64,000 nt of DNA from Polyangiales bacterium (GTDB lineage Bacteria; Myxococcota_A; Polyangia; Polyangiales; Ga0077539), in contig JBGARZ010000015.1 of the NCBI GenBank assembly GCA_044229975.1, positions 128,001-192,000 of the forward strand, read 5' to 3'. Both the position numbers and the translations under genes were made by a program. The notes under the pieces were generated by a model. That model worked only from the letters and a program-made list of their open reading frames with translations, made no database searches and was not told where the DNA came from. Shown in pieces: positions 18,547-27,936 of the stretch; position 1 is the stretch's first letter, and each line of letters starts with the position of its first letter.

Positions 18547-18637
18547 TCGTCGCGCCGGGGTGAACGGAGCGCGACGGACGCGGAGCCTGCACCGTGAACC
18601 CTGGCGCGACGATGAACGACCTCGTGGCAGATCGGCA

Positions 18638-20317
18638 TCACCCCTCGGCGGCGCGCGCGTCGGCCAGCAGTCGCTCGATCTCCCGCAGCGTCTCGACGTC
18701 GTCGCCGACCATCGCCTTCATCGACTGGATGCGCCGGCACACCACCGCGGCGATGCGCTCCTCCACGGTGTCGTCGGCGTAGGCCCAGTACACCTGCGCA
18801 AACCGCCCGTCGCGGTGGCAGCGCCCCTCGATCTGCGCCATCTGGATCGCCGACCACCGCAGGTCGTGGATCACCTCCGACCGCGGCACGTCGTTGTGCT
18901 CCCCCTGGTGCAGCGAGATGCCCTCCTCCATGGTGAACAGCACCACCCGCGCCTCGCCCCGCTGGAAGCGCAGCCGCTCGGCCTCGCGCTCCGCGGCAGG
19001 CGTCGCGCCGTGCAGCGCCGCGCAGGTCACCTTCTCCGCCGCGAGCCCCTCGCGAATCGCCTCCAGCGTCTCCATGAACGCCACCGAGATCGCCACCTGG
19101 TGGCCGTTTTCCAGCAGCTCCAGCGCGAGGTCGATGGTGCCCTGCACCCGGATGAGCGAGCCCTTCTGTCGCAGCCGAAGCATCGCCGCGAGGGCGCCGC
19201 GCGGGTCGCGTCCGCTCGGTGCGAGCTCCATCGCGCGACGAAACTCCGTCCACGCCTGGGCGTAGCGCTCGCGCGCCGACGCATCGAGCCCGATGGGCGT
19301 CAGGATGCGGTTGATCTCCGGCCACCCCGCGATGTCCTCCGGTCGTCGTCGCATCCCGCCCGGGACGCGCCCGTCGAAGAGCAGCGCCCGCACCTTCTCG
19401 CAGTCGGCGCGATCGCCCCGCCAGTCCCAGCGGCCGAAGGTTCCGCGGGTCACGCCGAGGCCCTGCTCGGCGCACCAGCCCTCGAAGTCCTTGAGGTCGG
19501 TCGCGCGGGCCCCCGTGAGGTTGGCCAGCAGCGGCGCGAGGTAGGAGAGCTCAAGCGGGTTCTGCCCGGCCGTCGCCGAGAGCCAGAGCGAGAAGCCCGC
19601 GCTCGCGTTGAGCTTGGCCGCGAACTTCGAGCGGGCCGCCGTGGGGTTCTTGCAGCGGTGGCTCTCGTCCCAGATGACCACGTCGAAGGCGACGGCGCTC
19701 CCGGCGCGGGCGAGCCCCTTCTTCGAGCGCACCTTGCGACGCGCCTCGGGCGTCACCTCGAAGAGCTTGGAGAGGCGCTCGTAGTTCATCACCACCACCG
19801 AGCGCCCGGCGTCGCCGAGGGCCTCGATGGTGCGTCGCCAGTGGGCGATCACCGCGAGCGGACACACCACCAGCACCGACTCCGCGGCGGGCATCGCGCG
19901 CACCGCCTCCCACGCGCTGATGGTCTTGCCGAGCCCCACGTCGTCGGCGAGCAGAAACCCCGGTCGACCGCTCTTCACCGCGAGCCCGATGGCCTTCACC
20001 GCGGCGCGCTGGTGATCGCGCGGCGTGACGTCCCCGGAGGGCTTCGAGGCGACCGGGTCGGGGTCGTCGTTGAGGGTGCGCTCGACGTGGCGCTCCCACG
20101 AGTACGGGGCCGCGCGGAAGGGACGCAGCGCCACCGGGAGCGAGTCGCCGCGGTAGACGAACACACCATGATCGGCGTCCCAGCGGGCGCCCCCGGCGGT
20201 GGCCTGCGCGCGCATCGCAAACGGAACATCGAGCGCGTGCGCACGCCCGGTGGGCGCGGCGGCGCGGGCGGTGGGCTTCGGGGCGGAGACGGTCTTGCGC
20301 GGGAGCATCGATGCCAT
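18638..20317 (-). CDS. Compact SNF2-like helicase with N-terminal DUF5710-like domain
   Basis: LDVPF...GARWD N-terminus; LADDVGLGKT, DESH, SAT, QIEGRCHR. Confidence 0.85.
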   Translation of the reverse strand: MASMLPRKTVSAPKPTARAAAPTGRAHALDVPFAMRAQATAGGARWDADHGVFVYRGDSLPVALRPFRAAPYSWERHVERTLNDDPDPVASKPSGDVTPRDHQRAAVKAIGLAVKSGRPGFLLADDVGLGKTISAWEAVRAMPAAESVLVVCPLAVIAHWRRTIEALGDAGRSVVVMNYERLSKLFEVTPEARRKVRSKKGLARAGSAVAFDVVIWDESHRCKNPTAARSKFAAKLNASAGFSLWLSATAGQNPLELSYLAPLLANLTGARATDLKDFEGWCAEQGLGVTRGTFGRWDWRGDRADCEKVRALLFDGRVPGGMRRRPEDIAGWPEINRILTPIGLDASARERYAQAWTEFRRAMELAPSGRDPRGALAAMLRLRQKGSLIRVQGTIDLALELLENGHQVAISVAFMETLEAIREGLAAEKVTCAALHGATPAAEREAERLRFQRGEARVVLFTMEEGISLHQGEHNDVPRSEVIHDLRWSAIQMAQIEGRCHRDGRFAQVYWAYADDTVEERIAAVVCRRIQSMKAMVGDDVETLREIERLLADARAAEG

Positions 20318-20419
20318 CGCCCGCGGGGATAGCAGCGGGGCGACGACGGAGGCCAGAAGTGGTCTCAGAGCCGACGGCCTCTTCCAGGTGCGTTCGCGCC
20401 CGTCCCGTGAGAGGAGGAT

Positions 20420-21049
20420 TCAGCCCGGGCGGGCCATGGCCTCGTTGATGACCGTGAAGAAGCGCATGCGCTCGCGCGACGGGAGCGCACCGGCGTGACG
20501 GAAGAGCACGCGGCCCTCGCGGTTGAGCACCATCACGTAGCTGGTCGCCGGGCGGAAGCGGTACGCGCCCGACATGGAGTTGTTCCAGTCGATGAGGATC
20601 TCCATGCCCTGCTGGCGCGCGATGTCGACGACGGCGTCGCGGGCGAAGCCCGAGGCGGGCCAGAAGTCGTACGAGCTCAGGTTGGCCACCGGCACCACCG
20701 CCACGTCGCGGGTGAGGTCCTGCGCGCGAGCGTGCTCGGCGAGCTCGCGCTTGAGGGTGTCGTTCTGCTGGTTGGAGTCGCGGTCTTCGTAGATGAGAAT
20801 CACCACCCGGCCGCGGTAGTCGCGCAGCCGCCGGGTCTGGCCGCCCGTCCCTTCGAGCGCGAACTCAGGCGCCAGCGGGAGCACCGGGGCCACGCCCGCC
20901 GCGGGCGCTGTGCCAGCCGCAGCCGGAGCGGGCGCAACAACCGGCGCGGGCACCGCGGCGTCCGTCGTGGGCGCTGGGTCCGCCTGCACGCTGAGGGTCA
21001 GGAGGCTGAGGGCGCAGGCCCCGAAGATGGTCGCGTGGGTTCTGGTCAT
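20420..21049 (-). CDS. Exported thioredoxin-fold protein (YtfJ/redoxin-like, no CxxC)
   Basis: Signal peptide, APEFALE...LRDYRGRVVIL, VLNREGRVLFRHAG. Confidence 0.7.
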   Translation of the reverse strand: MTRTHATIFGACALSLLTLSVQADPAPTTDAAVPAPVVAPAPAAAGTAPAAGVAPVLPLAPEFALEGTGGQTRRLRDYRGRVVILIYEDRDSNQQNDTLKRELAEHARAQDLTRDVAVVPVANLSSYDFWPASGFARDAVVDIARQQGMEILIDWNNSMSGAYRFRPATSYVMVLNREGRVLFRHAGALPSRERMRFFTVINEAMARPG

Positions 21050-21097
21050 CGCTACGCTCACTACGGATGAGATGACTGACGCCCGAGCTGGGTTGCG

Positions 21098-22015
21098 TCA
21101 ATCTCTTCCGAGGGCGCGTTCGATGGTGGCGCGGTGGTCGGCGAGCGAGCCGATGAGGGCGATTCCCCGCCGTGCGCGAATGTGCTCCGCGAGGGGAGCG
21201 ACCCCGGCGCCGCCAACGATCCACGGCCGACCCGCGCAGGCGGCCGCGTAGGCGTCGATCATCGCGACGCCGCGGGCGAGGTCGTGCAGCACGGTCAACG
21301 ACAGGGCGACGCCGTCGGGGCTGAGGCGCTGCGTGGCGTCGGCCACGGCTTGCGGCGGCGTGCGCGCGCCGAGGTCGACGGTGCGAATGCCCCACCCCGC
21401 CAGGCGGATCGCCACGCCGTAGAGCCCGATGACGTGCTCCTCGTCTTCGACGCAGGCGAGCACCACGCGCCACCGGGGCTCGCTCGGTTGGACGAGACGC
21501 ACCAGCGCCCGCGCCGCGTCTTCGATGATCCCGGAGGTGAGGTGCTCCTGCGCGACGGAGATTCGCCCTTCGTGCCAGAGGTCGCCGACGCGGTGCAGGG
21601 CGGGGGCGAACACCTTGTCGAAGACCTCCTGGGCGTTGCCGAGATACGCCGCGCGGGCGACCTCGCGCGCGATGGCCTCGGGGTCGAAGTCACGCACCGC
21701 GTCGACGATGCGATCGACGCCCACCGCGAAGGCCTCGGGCAGATCGGTCTCGGCGATGGGCGCCACGGTGACGGGTCGGTCGCGGTCGAGGCGCACGAGG
21801 CGAGCGGCCTCGGCGATGGCCATGCCGCTGGTGCAGAGGTCGCGCAGGCGCTTGAGCTCCGTGACGTCGGAGTCGGTGTAGAGCCGGTACGCGGCCGCGG
21901 TGCGCGCGGGCGTGGGGACGCCGTAGCGGCGCTCCCAGGCGCGCAGGGTGGCCGCCGGAATACCGGTCAAATCCGCGACCACGTTGATTCGGTAGCGACC
22001 GAGCGCGTCCTTCAT
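21098..22015 (-). CDS. carH: MerR-family B12-dependent photoreceptor/repressor (CarH-type)
   Basis: MerR HTH (TLRAWERRYG), W-x9-EH motif (WHEGRISVAQEH) and B12 motif EEHVIG; divergent from crtI. Confidence 0.85.
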   Translation of the reverse strand: MKDALGRYRINVVADLTGIPAATLRAWERRYGVPTPARTAAAYRLYTDSDVTELKRLRDLCTSGMAIAEAARLVRLDRDRPVTVAPIAETDLPEAFAVGVDRIVDAVRDFDPEAIAREVARAAYLGNAQEVFDKVFAPALHRVGDLWHEGRISVAQEHLTSGIIEDAARALVRLVQPSEPRWRVVLACVEDEEHVIGLYGVAIRLAGWGIRTVDLGARTPPQAVADATQRLSPDGVALSLTVLHDLARGVAMIDAYAAACAGRPWIVGGAGVAPLAEHIRARRGIALIGSLADHRATIERALGRD

Positions 22016-22074
22016 GCATCCATTCCCACGGCTAGCGCGCAAGACGCGACACCGCTGCGGGACCACCGTCAGCG

Positions 22075-22103
22075 ATGATAGAGAGCCCACCAGAACGGGT
22101 CAA
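22075..22103 (-). promoter_or_regulatory. Sigma70-type promoter for carH
   Basis: Minus strand TTGACC (22098-22103), 17-bp spacer, TATCAT (22075-22080). Confidence 0.6.
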
Positions 22104-22106
22104 CGC

Positions 22107-23624
22107 ATGGACAAGACTCCGCACGACGTCGCGAAAGACAACAGACCCCACGCCGTGGTCATCGGCAGCGGCTTCGGTGGCCTCGCCGCAGCGGTTCGGC
22201 TCGGGGCGCGCGGGTATCGGGTGACGGTGCTCGAGCGCGCCGACGCGCCGGGCGGCCGGGCGTACGTACACCGCCAGGACGGGTTCACCTTCGACGCGGG
22301 GCCGACGGTGGTGACGGCGCCCTTTCTCTTCGAGGAGCTGTGGTCGCTGTGCGGGCGGAAGATGTCCGATGACATCGACATGCGGCCGGTGACGCCGTTC
22401 TACCGCATCCGCTTCGACGATGGATCGGTGTTCGACTACACGGGCGACGCAGCGGCGATGCGCGCGGAGGTGGCGAAGATCTCGCCGGCGGATGTCGACG
22501 GCTACGAGCGCTTTGTCCGCATGAGCGAGGACATCTTCCGGGTGGGCTTCGAGCGCCTCGCGCACGTCCCGTTTCCCGACGTGGCGTCGATGCTGAAGAT
22601 CGTCCCCGAGATGATGAAGCTCGAGAGCTACCGCACGGTGTACGGGCTGGTGTCGAAGTTCTTGAAGCACGACAAGCTGCGGCAGGTGATGAGCTTCCAC
22701 CCGCTGCTGGTGGGGGGAAATCCCTTCAGCACCACGTCCATCTACACGCTCATCGCCTTCCTCGAACGCAAGTGGGGCGTGCACTTCCCCATCGGCGGCA
22801 CGGGCGCCCTGGTGAAGGGCCTCGTCGACCTCATCGAGAACTCCGTGGGCGGCACGGTGCGCTGCAACGCCGAGGTGAAGCGCATCACCCTCGACGGCCG
22901 CCGCGCCACCGGCGTCGAGCTCGCCAACGGCGAGATCATCCCGGCGTCGGTGGTGGTCTCCAACGCCGACTCGGCGTGGACGTACCGCCACCTCGTCGCG
23001 CCCGAAGCCCGGAAGACCTGGACCAACGAGCGCATCGAGAAGGCCCGCTACTCCATGTCGCTCTTCGTCTGGTACTTCGGCACCGATCGGAAGTACGACG
23101 ACGTGGCGCACCACACGATCCTGCTGGGCCCGCGCTACGAGGGGCTGCTGCACGACATCTTCGAGCGGAAGGTTCTCTCCGACGACTTCTCGCTCTACCT
23201 GCACCGCCCGACGGCGACCGATCCGTCGATGGCGCCCGACGGATGTGATGCGTTCTATGTGCTGTCGCCGGTGCCGCACCTCGACGCCGGGGTCGACTGG
23301 TCGGTGCGCGCGGAGTCGTACCGCCGCTCGGTCGAGCGCTACCTGTCGCGCACGGTGATGCCCGACCTCGCGAAGCATGTGGTCAGCTCGCGGATGCTCA
23401 CCCCGCAGCAGTTTCAGGACGACCTCCTGTCCTTCAAGGGCGCCGCCTTTGCGATGGAGCCCGTGCTCCTCCAGAGCGCGTGGTTCCGCCCGCACAACGA
23501 GAGCGAAGACATCGCCAACCTCTACCTCGTCGGCGCCGGAACCCACCCTGGCGCCGGCCTCCCCGGCGTCCTCTCCTCGGCCCGCGTGCTCGACTCCATC
23601 GTCCCTGATGCCCGCGCCCGCTGA
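22107..23624 (+). CDS. crtI: Phytoene desaturase
   Basis: VIGSGFGGLA, FTFDAGPT, LYLHRP, LVGAGTHPGAGLPGV. Confidence 0.95.
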   Translation: MDKTPHDVAKDNRPHAVVIGSGFGGLAAAVRLGARGYRVTVLERADAPGGRAYVHRQDGFTFDAGPTVVTAPFLFEELWSLCGRKMSDDIDMRPVTPFYRIRFDDGSVFDYTGDAAAMRAEVAKISPADVDGYERFVRMSEDIFRVGFERLAHVPFPDVASMLKIVPEMMKLESYRTVYGLVSKFLKHDKLRQVMSFHPLLVGGNPFSTTSIYTLIAFLERKWGVHFPIGGTGALVKGLVDLIENSVGGTVRCNAEVKRITLDGRRATGVELANGEIIPASVVVSNADSAWTYRHLVAPEARKTWTNERIEKARYSMSLFVWYFGTDRKYDDVAHHTILLGPRYEGLLHDIFERKVLSDDFSLYLHRPTATDPSMAPDGCDAFYVLSPVPHLDAGVDWSVRAESYRRSVERYLSRTVMPDLAKHVVSSRMLTPQQFQDDLLSFKGAAFAMEPVLLQSAWFRPHNESEDIANLYLVGAGTHPGAGLPGVLSSARVLDSIVPDARAR

Positions 23625-24543
23625 CACCTACGACGACGACGCCCGGCGCTGCCGGGAGATCCTTCGTGAGGGCTCCAAGAGCTTCCACGCCGCGTCGCTC
23701 TTCCTGCCGTCGCGGGTGCGCGGCCCGGCGTCGGTGCTGTACGCGTTCTGTCGGGTGGCCGACGACGCGGTCGACCTCGTCGCTCCCTCCGCAGCGCCCG
23801 CGGCCATCGAGGGTCTGCGCCGCCGGCTCGACGGCATCTTCGGCGGTGCGCCCGCGGACGACCCCATCGACCGCGCGCTCTCGGTGGTGGTCGATCGCTT
23901 CTCGATGCCGCGCACTCCGCTCGACGCGCTGCTGGAGGGCTTCGTCTGGGACGTCGAGGGCCGGCGCTACGCCGACATGACGGCGCTGCACGGCTACTGC
24001 GCGCGGGTGGCCGCGGCGGTGGGCGTGATGATGACGGTGCTCATGGGGCGACGCGCGCCGGGCGTGCTGGCGCGGGCGTGTGACCTCGGCGTCGCGATGC
24101 AGCTCACCAACATCTGCCGCGACGTGGGCGAAGACGCGCGCAACGGCCGGGTGTACCTCCCGCTCGACTGGCTCTTCGAGGAAGGCCTCGACGCCGACGG
24201 CCTGGTCTCGCGCCCGCGATACACACCCGCGCTCGGTCGCGTGGTCGAGCGCGTGCTCGCGGAGGCCGATCGGTTGTATGCGCGCTCCGATCGGGGCGTG
24301 CCGATGCTGCCGCGGGACTGCCGGGCGGCGATTCGCGCGGCGAGGCTGTTGTACTCGTCCATCGGGACGGAGGTGCGGCGTCGCGGCGGTGACTCGGTGA
24401 GCGCGCGTGCGGTGGTACCGGGGCGGAGGAAGGCGCGGCTGCTGGCGCGGTCGTTTGCGGCGCCGCTGTCGGCGAGCGCGGTGCCCGCGGTGGACGAGGC
24501 TCCGGCGCTGCCCGCGGTGCGCTTTCTGCTGGAGGGGTGGTGA
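23608..24543 (+). CDS. crtB: Phytoene synthase
   Basis: GSKSF, YAFCRVADD, YCARVA, LGVAMQLTNICRDVGED..GRVYLP. Confidence 0.95.
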   Translation: MPAPADTYDDDARRCREILREGSKSFHAASLFLPSRVRGPASVLYAFCRVADDAVDLVAPSAAPAAIEGLRRRLDGIFGGAPADDPIDRALSVVVDRFSMPRTPLDALLEGFVWDVEGRRYADMTALHGYCARVAAAVGVMMTVLMGRRAPGVLARACDLGVAMQLTNICRDVGEDARNGRVYLPLDWLFEEGLDADGLVSRPRYTPALGRVVERVLAEADRLYARSDRGVPMLPRDCRAAIRAARLLYSSIGTEVRRRGGDSVSARAVVPGRRKARLLARSFAAPLSASAVPAVDEAPALPAVRFLLEGW

Positions 24544-24565
24544 CTACGGCAACGCCTACGCCGTC

Positions 24566-24674
24566 GGTCACCGTCCTTACCCGAAGGGACGCGACCGCCC
24601 ACGCCGACGGTCGGCGTTCCGAGGCGGGTCGAGGCGACGTCGCGGTCGCGTCCCTTCGGGTAGGGACGGCGACC
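24566..24674. repeat. Intergenic inverted repeat (GTAG-type REP-like) inside the crt operon
   Basis: 33-bp arms at 24566-24598/24642-24674 with 2 mismatches. Confidence 0.8.
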
Positions 24675-24697
24675 GCGGGCCTGGGAGGATGCCGCGC

Positions 24698-26110
24698 ATG
24701 ACCCCCGACGAAGCCCGCGCCCGCGTCCGCGACGCCGCTGGTCCCGAGCTCCTCGACCGCCTCGCGCACCTCGACGCCACGCGCTCGCACCCGCCCCGCG
24801 ACGACGCTCCACCGCGCTCGCCCGGCGCCCGCGTCGACTGCGACGTCGCGCTCGTCGGCGGCGGGCTCTCGCTCCTCTACGCCCCGGTGCTCGCGGCGAT
24901 GGGCGTTCGCGTTCACGTCTTCGACCGCGCCCGCGCCGGCGCCACCCACCGCGAGTGGAACGCCTCCGACCGCGAGCTCGCCGCCCTCGTCCGGATGGGC
25001 GTCGTCACCGCCGACGAGCTCGCCGCCCTCATCGTCGCCCGCTATCGCCACGGCTTCTGCCGCTGGTACGGCGGCGGAACCTATCCCGTCACCGGCGTCC
25101 TCGACCGATCGGTCAACGCGTCGGGCCTTCTCGTGCTGACCCGGGCGCGGGCCGAGGCGATGGGCGTGGTCTTCCACGACGGTTGGCGTCTCACCGGACA
25201 TGCGAGCGGTGCGTCGTCCGTCGCGATGCGCTTCGTCGACGCGGCGGGCGCGGCCTCCGAGGTGGTCGCGCGCGTGATGATCGACGCCCGCGGCGCGGCC
25301 TCTCCCTCCGCGACGGCCGACCTCATCTGCCCGACCGTGGGCGGCGTTCTCACGGGTCTCGCCGAGGGCAGCGCGCCCGACGAGATCGACCCCGCGGTGG
25401 GCGAGGTGCTCGTCACCACCGAGGGCGTCGAGGAGGGTCGCCAGCACATCTGGGAGGGCTTTCCCGGACGACCCGGTGAGACCACCGTGTATCTCTTCTA
25501 TTACGACAAGCGCGAGCGCGTGGGCGACGGCTCGTTGCTGTCGCTCTACGGTCGCTTCTTCGAGCGCCTCTCCCGCTACAAGCGCGGCGACGCCGTCCTC
25601 CAGCGCGCGACCTTCGGGTACATCCCCGGCTGGTCTCGACTGACTCCCGCACCGCGTTCGCCGTCGCCGCGCATCGCGCTCGTCGGTGATGCGGCGGCCC
25701 GGCACTCGCCGCTCACCTACTGCGGCTTCGGCGCGACGCTGCGCTCGGTGCAGTCGGCGAGCGAGCGGGTGGTGGCCGCGCTGGAGAACCCCACGGCGTC
25801 GCTCGACCCGATCGTCCACGACACGGCGCTGCACCAGGGGACGGGCGCGCTGGCCCACATGATCGCGTCGCCGCCCGATGATCCGATGAAGCTCAACGGG
25901 CTCCTCGACGCCGCCTTCGGAACGCTCCACGCCATGGGCAACGAAGCCTACGGTCGGCTGTTGCGAGACGAGATGTCCGGCGTGGACTTCGCGCGCTTCC
26001 TCCAGCGAACCTCGATGAGAAACCCGTCGGTGTACCCGTGGGTGTTTCGCGTGCTCGGTGCCGCGGGCGTCGGTCGCTGGGGCGCCGGGGTGCTGCGGGG
26101 GTTGCGATGA
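24698..26110 (+). CDS. CruA/CruP-like FAD-dependent lycopene cyclase
   Basis: VGGG FAD motif, REWNAS.RELAAL, CPTVG, QHIWEGFP, GDAA...SPLTYCGFG; located in the crt operon. Confidence 0.75.
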   Translation: MTPDEARARVRDAAGPELLDRLAHLDATRSHPPRDDAPPRSPGARVDCDVALVGGGLSLLYAPVLAAMGVRVHVFDRARAGATHREWNASDRELAALVRMGVVTADELAALIVARYRHGFCRWYGGGTYPVTGVLDRSVNASGLLVLTRARAEAMGVVFHDGWRLTGHASGASSVAMRFVDAAGAASEVVARVMIDARGAASPSATADLICPTVGGVLTGLAEGSAPDEIDPAVGEVLVTTEGVEEGRQHIWEGFPGRPGETTVYLFYYDKRERVGDGSLLSLYGRFFERLSRYKRGDAVLQRATFGYIPGWSRLTPAPRSPSPRIALVGDAAARHSPLTYCGFGATLRSVQSASERVVAALENPTASLDPIVHDTALHQGTGALAHMIASPPDDPMKLNGLLDAAFGTLHAMGNEAYGRLLRDEMSGVDFARFLQRTSMRNPSVYPWVFRVLGAAGVGRWGAGVLRGLR

Positions 26111-26865
26111 TCCCGACGCGCAAGCACCGGCTCTTCCGCTGGTGGTTCTCGGGGCACGCGCGCTCGCGCTTGCAGCAGTCGTTTTCGGCCGTGCGCGCCG
26201 AGGGCATGGACCACCTGCGCGCAGCGCTCGCGGCGGGCCCGGTGCTCATCGTGAGCAACCACACCTCGTGGTGGGACCCGATGGTGGTGCTCTACCTGAC
26301 CGAGCACGTTCTGCGGTGTGACGGGCACGCGATGATGGACGCGGCGAACCTCCGTCGGCTGCCCTTCTTCGCGATGGTGGGCGCCTTCGGGGTCGACCTG
26401 GAGAACCCCTCCGATGGGGCGAGCGCCATCCGCTACGCGGCTCGTCTGCTCAACGCGCCGGGCCGCATGGTGTGGGTGTTTCCGCAGGGGAGGGAGCGCC
26501 CGGTGACCGAGCGTCCGCTGGGCTTTCGCCCGGGGAGCGCGGAGGTGGCGCGGGTGGCCAAATGCGTGACGGTCCCCATCGGACTTCGTTACGAACACCG
26601 CGGCAACGAGCGCCCCGAACTCTTGATGTCCATTGGAGAAGCGATTCCATGGACGAAGGACGTCGCCGCGGGGCGGGCGACGCACGAGGCGGCGGTGACG
26701 TCGCGGCTGGAGCGCCTGGAGGCGGCGCTGGGCGAGGGGAGCGCTGCGGGTTTCGAGGTGCTGGAGAGCACGGCTGTGAGTGCGGTGGCGCGCGTGGCGG
26801 AGGCGGTCCTGGTGTGGCTGACGCGACCGTGGGCGCTGGGTCCTGCGCGCGACCCGAAGCGCTGA
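26107..26865 (+). CDS. PlsC-type acyltransferase (candidate carotenoid-glycoside acyltransferase)
   Basis: NHTSWWD and FPQG motifs; ATGA overlap with the cyclase gene. Confidence 0.85.
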   Translation: MIPTRKHRLFRWWFSGHARSRLQQSFSAVRAEGMDHLRAALAAGPVLIVSNHTSWWDPMVVLYLTEHVLRCDGHAMMDAANLRRLPFFAMVGAFGVDLENPSDGASAIRYAARLLNAPGRMVWVFPQGRERPVTERPLGFRPGSAEVARVAKCVTVPIGLRYEHRGNERPELLMSIGEAIPWTKDVAAGRATHEAAVTSRLERLEAALGEGSAAGFEVLESTAVSAVARVAEAVLVWLTRPWALGPARDPKR

Positions 26866-26902
26866 TTGGCCCGACCGGGGTCGCGGTGTAGGGTGCCGCC
26901 GC

Positions 26903-27898
26903 ATGAAGGCCGTCGCCGCAGTGTTGGCCGTGTTTGCGCTGGTGGGCTGCGGCGGTGAGGGGGCAGGGGATTGCGCTGACGGTGGGACGTGCGGTGACGC
27001 TGCGACGTCGGGCGCGAGCGACGCGGCGGGCGATGCGGGCACGCCAGGGCCGACGTGGATCCCGTACATCGACGGCGCCTTCGAGCGGGTCTTCCGCCCG
27101 GCCGGCACGCGCTACCTCAACGACCACACGCTGCTGCGCGACGCGAGCGGCCGCTGGCACGTCTACGGAATCACCCACGAGTCGACGGGCAATCCCCACG
27201 CGGAGTTCAACCTGTTGCACGCGACGGCGCCGGACCTGCGCGGCCCGTGGCGCGACGAGACCGACGTGTTGAGCTCGCAGATGAAGGGAGCGCTCTGGGC
27301 GCCCTTCGCCTTCGAGGCGGGCAGCGGTCGTTGGGTCATGTACTACTACGCGACGGGCATTGCGCAGCGGGTGCAGCGCGCGGAGACCACCGACCCGGCG
27401 CTCACCCGGTGGACGCGGTCGCCGTCGCTCTCGGCGCCGGGCGGTCGTGACCCCTTCGTGATGCGCGCCAACGGGCTCTGGCACCTCTTCACCGTGGGCA
27501 TCAGCGCGCGGATGCATGGGACCATCATGGTCTCGACGAGCCCCGATCTCGAACGCTGGACCGACCCGGCGACGGTGCTCGAAGACCCCGAGCTGCACCT
27601 CGGCTGGGGCAACCTGGAGAGCCCGACGGTGGTGACGCGCGACGACGGGTTCTACCTGTTTCTCACGCGCACGACGGCGGCACCGATGGACTACGGGCGC
27701 ACCATGGTCTTCCACTCGCGCGACCCGCTGCGCTTTCAGTGGACGCCGGTCACGGAGCTCATCACGCACGCGGCGGAGGTCTTCGAGCACGAAGGCCAGA
27801 GCTACATCACCGCCGCGGGTTGGACCTCCATGGTGGGCGAGAACGGCCGCGGGCTGTCCATCGCGCGCCTCGGCTGGGTGCGTCGCCCCGCGGATTGA
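26903..27898 (+). CDS. Five-bladed beta-propeller glycoside hydrolase lipoprotein (GH32/GH43-like)
   Basis: Lipobox LVGC; NDH, WAP, RDP and ESP motifs. Confidence 0.75.
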   Translation: MKAVAAVLAVFALVGCGGEGAGDCADGGTCGDAATSGASDAAGDAGTPGPTWIPYIDGAFERVFRPAGTRYLNDHTLLRDASGRWHVYGITHESTGNPHAEFNLLHATAPDLRGPWRDETDVLSSQMKGALWAPFAFEAGSGRWVMYYYATGIAQRVQRAETTDPALTRWTRSPSLSAPGGRDPFVMRANGLWHLFTVGISARMHGTIMVSTSPDLERWTDPATVLEDPELHLGWGNLESPTVVTRDDGFYLFLTRTTAAPMDYGRTMVFHSRDPLRFQWTPVTELITHAAEVFEHEGQSYITAAGWTSMVGENGRGLSIARLGWVRRPAD

Positions 27899-27936
27899 CG
27901 CTGGCGACCGACCGGGCGCTACCCTCCGCTCCCGCC

